A DNA stretch of 31,838 bases, taken from the NCBI GenBank assembly GCA_030753015.1, contig JASMDC010000041.1, positions 1 to 31,838 of the forward strand. Reading direction: 5' to 3'. Made by a program: the position numbers and the translations under genes. Under the pieces are notes generated by a model. That model did no database searches. It was given only the letters and a program-made list of their open reading frames with translations, and had not been told where the DNA came from. Of the stretch, positions 9,016 through 14,874 are shown in pieces (position 1 is the first letter of the stretch; every line of letters begins with the position of its first letter). This stretch comes from Candidatus Undinarchaeales archaeon. GTDB lineage: Archaea; SpSt-1190; JASMDC01.

Positions 9016-9483
9016 ATGGAAATCGACGTTGCGAGTTATGATGAGCTTCTTAGTGACTCATTCTATCAATCCCTTGAATCATCATACATGAATGCCGATA
9101 AGCGTGTAATTGTAAAACTACCATATGATGAGAGAGCTCCAGAAAAAGAACAGGAAATTATTGATACTGTTCAGGAGCATTTCAAGCAGGAATATGATGA
9201 ACTGTCTACTTTTCTTGATCAAGAAACAAAGTGGGAGGCAACAAAGAGATATCTATCGCCAGTGGTGAAGTCCCGTTATCATCAATCTCTTGGCGCAGTG
9301 TCACTCTTATCTGCACTAGCATTGCCCTTTACCACTGCACTTGCTCCAATCACTCTATTAGCGGGCGGTGCATATGCGCTCAGTTATCTTGACACATACG
9401 CTAATTGTCAGATCGAGGATAGGAAGAGGGTAAATGCACGTAATGACCTTTCGGACCTTGAAATCGAGTTCTTCTACTCATAA
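9016..9483 (+). CDS. Hypothetical membrane protein (cassette 5, inverted relative to the array)
   Basis: AT-rich ORF filling the space between sites B and C; C-terminal hydrophobic hairpin LGAVSLLSALALPF...ITLLAGGAYAL; start moved to ATG 9016. Confidence 0.75.
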   Translation: MEIDVASYDELLSDSFYQSLESSYMNADKRVIVKLPYDERAPEKEQEIIDTVQEHFKQEYDELSTFLDQETKWEATKRYLSPVVKSRYHQSLGAVSLLSALALPFTTALAPITLLAGGAYALSYLDTYANCQIEDRKRVNARNDLSDLEIEFFYS

Positions 9484-9503
9484 GTAATAGCTCGTAGACC
9501 GTC

Positions 9504-9637
9504 GCTTAACGCAAAAGGGCTTCCGACGTGCCTCCACAAGAGAATCTTCAGCGAAGTTCAGGCCAGCTAGGTCCCAGCTACTGGAGGCGTGTTGGTGGAG
9601 CGTTGAAGGCGCGGAGGCGGAAAGCCGGCTGTTATGT
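9504..9637 (-). repeat. attC-like site C (134 bp)
   Basis: GCTTAAC-GCAAAA-GGGCTTCCG ... CGGAAAGCC-GGCT-GTTATGT; shares GCGTGTTGGTGGAG with the other sites. Confidence 0.85.
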
Positions 9638-9701
9638 ACAGTACTCCACGGCTTTTAGTATTCGATGTAGAAGCTGAGGGAAACAGGAAACCTTTTGAAG
9701 C

Positions 9702-10286
9702 ATGCAAACAACTCCCGATACCACGGTGGAGTCATTGACCAAGATCGAGATCACTGTAGAGAACATCGTCGCCTCCATCAACCTACATTGTAGGATACCA
9801 CTTGAAAGAGTGGCGGCATTGTCTGATAACGCCGAGTACAATCCCGAGCAGTTCCCGGGTCTCGTGTTTCGGATTCAGGAACCAAAGACGGCGAACCTGC
9901 TCTTCGGCACGGGTAAAGCGGTGTGCACGGGTGGAAAGAGTCTTGATGACGTGAAAGCGGCGGTCGGGAAGGTGAAGGAGAGCCTCGCTGGATTCAACGT
10001 GAAGTTTGAGGGTGAGCCAGATATCGAGGTCGTGAACCTGGTGGCTTCTGTGAAGACTGACCTCGAGCTCAACTTGGACAGGCTCGCATACAAGATGGAA
10101 GGAGTGGAGTATGAGCCAGAGCAGTTCCCCGGAATGGTATTCCGGACGGTGAAACCTAAGGCGGCCATCCTCATCTTCAGCACAGGCCGGTTCGTGGTGG
10201 CGGGAACGAGAAACATAGAGGACGCGCGGGTAGTATTTGATATGTTACTGGAAAAACTGCGGGATATAGGCGAAATAAATCCATAA
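9702..10286 (+). CDS. tbp: TATA-box-binding protein (cassette 4, inverted relative to the array)
   Basis: Two direct repeats: ENIVAS..EYNPEQFPGLVFR..PK..LLFGTGKAVCTG and VNLVAS..EYEPEQFPGMVFR..PK..LIFSTGRFVVAG. The true start may be TTG 9735 (GGTGGAG upstream; GAAACC-TTTTGAAG at 9687-9700). Confidence 0.97.
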   Translation: MQTTPDTTVESLTKIEITVENIVASINLHCRIPLERVAALSDNAEYNPEQFPGLVFRIQEPKTANLLFGTGKAVCTGGKSLDDVKAAVGKVKESLAGFNVKFEGEPDIEVVNLVASVKTDLELNLDRLAYKMEGVEYEPEQFPGMVFRTVKPKAAILIFSTGRFVVAGTRNIEDARVVFDMLLEKLRDIGEINP

Positions 10287-10390
10287 AAAGAAGATTCATC
10301 CCTTATACGTCAAAACAGGAAAAAGGAACCGATCCACCAGCATTGCCTTGAATCGACATGGTCAATGATGATCGTTGGTAGGGGCATTGC

Positions 10391-10540
10391 ATATAACGGA
10401 CAAGGCATTCCTTGATGCGGCCCCGCCTGGCGATTCTCGAGCGACGTTGGGATCACTATGGTCTCAGGATGATCGGAGCCGTGTTGGTGGAGGGCCGGAA
10501 GGGCTCTGACGGCCCGGACCCGGGAGGGCGAATGTTAGGC
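10391..10540 (-). repeat. attC-like site D (150 bp)
   Basis: ATATAAC-GGACAA-GGCATTCCTTG ... CGGGAGGGC-GAAT-GTTAGGC; inner hairpin GGGCCG-N12-CGGCCC; interior similar to site B (GCGATTCTC..CGACGTT.GG.TCAC). Confidence 0.85.
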
Positions 10541-10562
10541 GTCGTTTCACGAATGATGAGTT

Positions 10563-10811
10563 CTATTGTTCATCTTTGTGATAAAGGTCAAGGAAGATTA
10601 TCTTATCCTCGTTCTCATTATACATGTATGATAATCGATAAGGAGCGATATAGACTTCTCGCGTTCCTTTTCTTGAGAACCTCATCGGCTTTCCAATCGT
10701 GGGAGAATTCAAGATCTTCCTGATCTTCTTCTTGACCTTGGTCTTGATTAATTCATCCCTGATCCCCTTGACCTTCTTCTTGAAGAGAGGGTCATATGCT
10801 ACCGTTACCAT
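10563..10811 (-). CDS. relE: RelE/StbE-family toxin (cassette 3)
   Basis: 82 aa, very basic; FKKKVK..KILNSPTIGKPMR..RKGTREVYIAPYRLSY..IIFLDLYHKD; overlaps the antitoxin stop. Confidence 0.85.
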   Translation of the reverse strand: MVTVAYDPLFKKKVKGIRDELIKTKVKKKIRKILNSPTIGKPMRFSRKGTREVYIAPYRLSYMYNENEDKIIFLDLYHKDEQ

Positions 10812-11083
10812 TCTTCCAGTTCTTTCTCGAATTCTTCCTTGGTCATCTCCTTGAATTCTCCCGTCTCATATCGAGCTAGAGCTTCCTCGGTTCTCCGTGC
10901 AAATTCAAGATCCTCAGTGAACTGCTTCTCCATTTCCGAAGCTTTCTTCAGGATGAATTGAACTCCATTCTTGATAATGATCAGTTTATCTCCTTCATGC
11001 AGGTCTTCCCGCATTTCAGCGGGGATTACGACCTGTCCTTTGGAACTCATCTTCGTGATAGCAACATCCATGCGATTACCCAT
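10805..11083 (-). CDS. AbrB/MazE/SpoVT-family antitoxin (cassette 3)
   Basis: ITKMSSKGQVVIPAEMR..LHEGDKL with an acidic C-terminus; start may be ATG 11071. Confidence 0.9.
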   Translation of the reverse strand: MGNRMDVAITKMSSKGQVVIPAEMREDLHEGDKLIIIKNGVQFILKKASEMEKQFTEDLEFARRTEEALARYETGEFKEMTKEEFEKELEEW

Positions 11084-11115
11084 GTAAGACTAATCTTACT
11101 AAGTATAAATACTTT
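11084..11115 (-). promoter_or_regulatory. TATA promoter and palindromic operator of the AbrB-RelE pair
   Basis: Minus strand AAAG-TATTTATA, followed by the inverted repeat GTAAGA-N4-TCTTAC (11084-11099). Confidence 0.6.
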
Positions 11116-11144
11116 ATGGAAATCAGTCGTAATCGTGAAATGGC

Positions 11145-11292
11145 GTCTAACGGCAAAGGCCTTCTATCGCGCCTCCGTAACACGAATCTGTATCGAAGCT
11201 CAAACCAGCATAGCTCGAGGATCGACGGGGGCGTGTGGGCAGAGGGCCGGAAGGACTCTGACGGCCCGGAGCTAGAAGGTCGGGGGTTATAC
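11145..11292 (-). repeat. attC-like site E (148 bp)
   Basis: GTCTAAC-GGCAAA-GGCCTTCTA ... TAGAAGGTC-GGGG-GTTATAC; shares GAGGGCCGGAAGGRCTCTGACGGCCCGGA with site D. Confidence 0.9.
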
Positions 11293-11428
11293 GCAATAAA
11301 ATTTAGTTTTCTATCAATCCTGCAATAGCAGACCATATTGTAAGGGAATTATTTTTCATGTTTGCAGTGCTTTCGAGTTAGGTTTGCTATTATTTTATAT
11401 CAATAATTATTATTTTTAAGGTATATTA

Positions 11429-11797
11429 TTATTCGACATAGATAGTAAGCTCATCTGTTCCTACGGCACCATCATCATCTATTACTTTTAATTTAGCAGT
11501 GTATGTACCCGGTTTTTCAAATGTGTATGCATCCCTTCCACAGTTTTTACAGAATGTATCATACTTACCATCCCCATCTGCATCCCATTCATAAGAGACT
11601 ATATTGCCGTCGGGATCAGATGCTGATCCAGCAAAATTAAACTTTTCCCCGACAGATACATGAATATCTTCACCTGCAATAACATTTGGAGCTTTATTTG
11701 ATTGTACTTCCTTGCTTGTGCAACCTGTATTAAGGACCATCAAAAACGTAATAATAAGGATTCCTAAGGGGTAGTTATTTGATTTTATCTGTAACAC
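11429..11797 (-). CDS. PKD-domain lipoprotein (cassette 2)
   Basis: Hydrophobic leader ending NTGC; NKAPNVIAG..SDPDGNIVSYEWDADGDG..YTFEKPGTYTAKLKVIDDDGA. Strongly AT-rich; start codon uncertain. Confidence 0.85.
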   Translation of the reverse strand: MLQIKSNNYPLGILIITFLMVLNTGCTSKEVQSNKAPNVIAGEDIHVSVGEKFNFAGSASDPDGNIVSYEWDADGDGKYDTFCKNCGRDAYTFEKPGTYTAKLKVIDDDGAVGTDELTIYVE

Positions 11798-11894
11798 CTC
11801 ATTTAGATTATCACAGTAAAACTAATCCTAGATGATGTTTATAAAACTATCTGAAAAATGAAAAATGAGTTTTTTGAAAATTAAATTTTATGGT

Positions 11895-12030
11895 ACAGAA
11901 CGGTAGAGCCCCCCCCCGACGCGGCTCAGTATAGCGAATTTGTGCGAAGTTTAGACAATCGAGGCTCCAACAATCCTGAGCCGTGTTGGGTGACCGCGGG
12001 GGCGCGAACCCGGGAGGGTGGATGTTAGAC
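11895..12030 (-). repeat. attC-like site F (136 bp)
   Basis: ACAGAAC-GGTAGA-GCCCCCCCCCG ... CGGGAGGGT-GGAT-GTTAGAC; shares GACGCGGC and GAGCCGTGTTGG with the other sites. Confidence 0.85.
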
Positions 12031-12044
12031 GCAGTTCCAATTGA

Positions 12045-12350
12045 TCATAGTAAGAAAGAAAATTTCCTCTTTCCGTGAATGATCCTTCGGATTTCAATAA
12101 TCTGATCCTTGATCACGTAGAAGGCCAAATAATTATCAATAACAAGCATCCGATATCCGAGTAATCCGAGTCTATCATCTTTCGGGACCACTCCCAGTTC
12201 AGGGAAGGATTCCAACTTGAGAATGCTCTTGTCAATCTTGTTAACGAATTGTTCGGCCGCGGAGGGATTATCCAGGAAGATGTACTCGAAGATATTTAGA
12301 AGATCGTTCTGCGCGATAGGCAGATATTCGATCGTGAATTTCTTACGCAT
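12045..12350 (-). CDS. RelE/ParE-family toxin (cassette 1)
   Basis: AQNDLLNIFEYI..DNPSAA..LESFPELG..GYRMLVIDNYLAFY..IEIRRIIHGKR. Confidence 0.9.
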   Translation of the reverse strand: MRKKFTIEYLPIAQNDLLNIFEYIFLDNPSAAEQFVNKIDKSILKLESFPELGVVPKDDRLGLLGYRMLVIDNYLAFYVIKDQIIEIRRIIHGKRKFSFLL

Positions 12351-12609
12351 TCAATCTCTTCCTAAGAAGGGCCATCATTTCCTTATGAGTCTTTCTTCCT
12401 TCCTTTGAGGAGCTCTGTTCCTCAGCGATGCTGAGTTTCTGATAGAGTTCCAGTAATGCTTCATGTTCTTCATATCGAGCGAGGCTCATCACGACGAGAT
12501 CCCCCTTACCATTCTTGGTAATGTAGACGGGTTCTCCTTCTTTGTGACACAGCTCCGAGATCTCATTGAAATGATTGCGGAGATCGGATATCGGTTTGAT
12601 GATCACCAT
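12343..12609 (-). CDS. Phd/YefM-family antitoxin (cassette 1)
   Basis: IKPISDLRNHFNEISELCH..EPVYITKNGKGDLVVMSLARYE; overlaps the toxin start. Confidence 0.92.
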   Translation of the reverse strand: MVIIKPISDLRNHFNEISELCHKEGEPVYITKNGKGDLVVMSLARYEEHEALLELYQKLSIAEEQSSSKEGRKTHKEMMALLRKRLNA

Positions 12610-12639
12610 CTTGGATCATGTATTCTATGGAACTTGGAG

Positions 12640-12687
12640 TTTATATCTTTTATGATAATATTTTATCTCATAAATGATAATATTATC
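12640..12687 (-). promoter_or_regulatory. Promoter/operator of the Phd-RelE pair
   Basis: ATGATAATATT at 12652 and 12674 (22-bp spacing); perfect palindrome GATAATATTATC at 12676-12687; minus-strand AAAAG-ATATAAA. Confidence 0.55.
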
Positions 12688-12701
12688 GGAATTGGAATTG
12701 C

Positions 12702-12839
12702 GTCTAACTAGTGCATATCCGACATGCGGCATTACGTGTGTGCCCCTAAAGCCGAGTGATATCCGAAAGGGATGTCGTATACACCACCTCACGGGGAAGA
12801 TATTCGACATTCGGATACCATGTCGGGATGCTGTTATAT
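12702..12839 (-). other. Candidate attI site (alternatively a divergent attC)
   Basis: Minus strand ends ATGTCGGATATGCACTA-GTTAGAC. It lacks the attC-family interior and holds six variants of TATCCGACAT in both orientations. It is the site closest to the integrase. Confidence 0.6.
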
Positions 12840-12864
12840 CCGGAACCGACCTTTCTTCCTACCA

Positions 12865-13197
12865 TCACTGCCGTAGGACCTCGACGCACCGATCGATGAC
12901 CTTATTGACCGTCGAACGTGTGAGACGGCCTACCGTATACAGAACTGCCTTGCGATCAATGGTCATGAACTGGTTCGGGCGAACGTTGCTAGGCCTCTTG
13001 AGGGAGCCCGACTCAAAGTCCCCCTGGTCGATCTGTACGGCGTATCGGTCCCTCACAGACCGGCTCGTGACCTTGCATATGATGAGGTCGTCCCCGCCGC
13101 CGCTAGCGACTACAAGGGCTGGCCGTCGCTTACACCCAGAGAGGTCCGTGAAGATGACCGGGGCAACAATGACGTCACCCTTCACAAATCCTTCCAC
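12865..13197 (-). CDS. mazF: PemK/MazF-family toxin
   Basis: GTG 13197 after GGAGG; FVKGDVIVAP.IFTDLSGCKRRPALVV..DLIICKVTS..GSLKRPSNVRPNQFMTID. Confidence 0.9.
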   Translation of the reverse strand: MEGFVKGDVIVAPVIFTDLSGCKRRPALVVASGGGDDLIICKVTSRSVRDRYAVQIDQGDFESGSLKRPSNVRPNQFMTIDRKAVLYTVGRLTRSTVNKVIDRCVEVLRQ

Positions 13198-13475
13198 GCC
13201 TCGTCCTCCTCCGGCCCGTACCAGACATCCGTCATAGAGGACCGGATTGCTATGGTAAGGCACAAGACCTCCATCGCCTCATCGTCCAGCCCGAACCTCC
13301 TCTTGAGCTCTTCTAAGGTGGGGATGGCATTCTTCAGGGCAGCATCGTGATTCCTTGCGATGAGCACGAGCTTGCGGACGATCTCGTCATAGCTCTCGCT
13401 CCGGTGCTCGCGGAAGGCATCGAGCTCTTTCTTCGTGTTCTTGTGGAGCTTGATGGTTGTGACGTCGGTCGGCAT
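13182..13475 (-). CDS. Putative antitoxin: RHH-like N-terminus with a DUF2281-like W..PEEDEAWKDL tail
   Basis: ATG 13475, 97 aa; TTIKLHKNTKKELD..SESYDEIVRKL; the acidic tail overlaps the mazF start. The longer 256-aa ORF-track call is a spurious extension. Confidence 0.8.
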   Translation of the reverse strand: MPTDVTTIKLHKNTKKELDAFREHRSESYDEIVRKLVLIARNHDAALKNAIPTLEELKRRFGLDDEAMEVLCLTIAIRSSMTDVWYGPEEDEAWKDL

Positions 13476-13488
13476 GGTGGTACACCCG

Positions 13489-13525
13489 GGTATACCTAGG
13501 TATACCTCGGGATATAAACCTTCCG
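13489..13525 (-). promoter_or_regulatory. BRE/TATA and perfect 18-bp palindromic operator of the MazF pair
   Basis: Minus strand CGGAAGG-TTTATAT (13525-13512), then GGTATACCTAGGTATACC (13489-13506) just before ATG 13475. Confidence 0.7.
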
Positions 13526-13555
13526 CCTCGACACCCGTCCCGTACTCATCCACGC

Positions 13556-13933
13556 TCATACATCCTCCCCTCCTTCGAACCTGTCCAGCGGGCTGACGAT
13601 CCGCACCAGGTCCCGCCTCGTCACGTGAGTGTAGATCTGTGTCGTCCTGCAGCTCGCGTGGCCCAGGAGCTCCTGGATGTACCGCAGGTCCACACCGTCC
13701 TCGAGGAGGTGGGTGGCGAAGCTGTGACGCAGGCTGTGGACGGTCGCGCCCGGCCTGACCTCGGCCCTCCGCGCCGCCCGCCCGAACACGTGCTGGACGG
13801 TCCACACCCTCTCCTCCCAGAGCCACTCCCGGCCCGTCACGGTCCTGATCCTGCAGATGAGCTCTTGGTCGTAGGGTATGGACACCCCGATGGTGCCGTC
13901 CCCGCGTCCGTGCAGCCTTATCGTGCGTCCCAT
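13556..13933 (-). pseudogene. Integron-integrase-like tyrosine recombinase with a large in-frame internal deletion (125 aa)
   Basis: The C-terminal box II is intact: [44 protein letters not shown]. It is fused directly to an N-terminal segment ([28 protein letters not shown]). The core-binding domain and box I Arg are absent. Confidence 0.85.
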
Positions 13934-14132
13934 TGTTCGCACCACCAAGCACATACGCGGTCCGCGCCTAAATGCGCTTGCCCCTCCCCGCGGGGGGGAC
14001 CTGCGCCCGCACCCCGGCGGAGGAGTGCGTCCACCACGGCCGGTCATGCACACGTCCCGCATCGCTTATAAGGTCACAGCGGCTCTTAGTTCGTAAAGAG
14101 ATGGTCACCAACTACCGCAAGAGCGTGATACC

Positions 14133-14462
14133 ATGGCGATAATCGATCTGACATCCAAGAACTTCGAGCAGGTTGCACTGAAGAGCGAGGTCCCGGTGCT
14201 CATCGACTTCTGGGCAGATTGGTGCAAGCCGTGCAAAATGATGCATCCCGTGTTCGAGCAGCTGTCGGCCGAGTACGGTGAGAAGGTCAAGTTCGTCCGG
14301 GTGGACATCGACGAGGAGAATCAGCTGGCCATGCAGTACGGCATCCGCAGCATCCCCACCCTCCTCGCCATGCGCGAGGGCATGGTGGTGGGACAGTTCA
14401 TCGGCTTCGGTGACAAGGACGCGGTCATGGCGAAGCTGGACGTCGTCCTCTCGATCCGATAG
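14133..14462 (+). CDS. trxA: Thioredoxin
   Basis: PVLIDFWADWCKPCKM..FVRVDIDE..YGIRSIPTL. Confidence 0.95.
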   Translation: MAIIDLTSKNFEQVALKSEVPVLIDFWADWCKPCKMMHPVFEQLSAEYGEKVKFVRVDIDEENQLAMQYGIRSIPTLLAMREGMVVGQFIGFGDKDAVMAKLDVVLSIR

Positions 14463-14501
14463 GGGCTTGCACCGTCCGCAGCGGTCGAAAGGTTGAAATG
14501 G

Positions 14502-14867
14502 ATGAGGTGTCGACCCCGCCCCATAGCGACCTTCGCCTGCCGCAGCGTCTCGTTCAAGGGTATCGTTACCTGTGGGTTCGAGCTCTCAAGGACCGAGTAC
14601 ACCGTGATGATGCACCTTCTCTCCGACGCCGAGGAGCTCACGGCGAGCGAGATAGCCAAGGACCTGGCAAAGGACCGCACCACCGTCCAGCGCGCCGTGA
14701 TGTCGCTCACCGGAAAGAACATCCTACGCCGCCGACAGTCCAACAATCCCCGGGGCGGGTATACCTTCTTCTACTCCATCAAGGACAAGGACCAGCTCAA
14801 GCAGCGGATCCTCGACATCATCGAGCAGTGGACCGCAGAGATACGCCGTGAGATGACCGCTTGGTAG
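14502..14867 (+). CDS. Archaeal TrmB/MarR-like winged-helix transcription regulator
   Basis: FAC..IVTCGFELSRTEY..LTASEIAKDLAKDRTTVQRAV..RRQ.N..GGY.F.Y..W; start uncertain. Confidence 0.85.
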   Translation: MRCRPRPIATFACRSVSFKGIVTCGFELSRTEYTVMMHLLSDAEELTASEIAKDLAKDRTTVQRAVMSLTGKNILRRRQSNNPRGGYTFFYSIKDKDQLKQRILDIIEQWTAEIRREMTAW

Positions 14868-14874
14868 GACGCCC

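Larger units (their letters stand above)
8320..13933 (-). mobile_element. Integron-like locus (integrase co-oriented with the array): integrase remnant, TA pair, candidate attI and six gene cassettes
   Basis: Regularly spaced 130-150 bp imperfect palindromes bounded by RYYYAAC/GTTRRRY-like cores, one gene or TA pair between each. Cassette ends are mutually complementary, the cargo is AT-richer than the flanks, and a tyrosine recombinase remnant is adjacent. Confidence 0.85.

Noticed and set aside
8941-12708. Cassette terminal inverted repeats read as IS or MITE ends
   Set aside because: No transposase and no target-site duplications; every repeat terminates exactly on a GTT/AAC core.
8818-12839. 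Spaced repeats read as a CRISPR array
   Set aside because: Units are 130-150 bp, imperfect, and separated by whole genes of 550-750 bp; no cas genes are present.
12674-13237. 187-aa plus-strand ORF, and small ORFs 10412-10723, 10958-11275 and 11076-11336
   Set aside because: They run across att sites and antisense to clear TA genes, with no protein-like features.
13507-13519. Minus-strand GTTTATATCCCG as the matching cassette start for GTTATATCCGG at 12833
   Set aside because: It needs an indel, lacks the extended complementarity seen in the other cassettes, and is better explained as the antitoxin TATA box. Not fully excluded.
13182-14062. ORF-track long versions of the antitoxin (256 aa) and integrase (168 aa); possible programmed frameshift fusion
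   Set aside because: The extensions are Arg/Gly/Pro-rich off-frame readings, and each gene has its own plausible downstream start. No slippery site was seen.
14133-14867. Thioredoxin and TrmB-like regulator as dedicated partners of the Cys-rich giants
   Set aside because: They are on the opposite strand and convergent, and the thioredoxin has no export signal; adjacency alone is insufficient.
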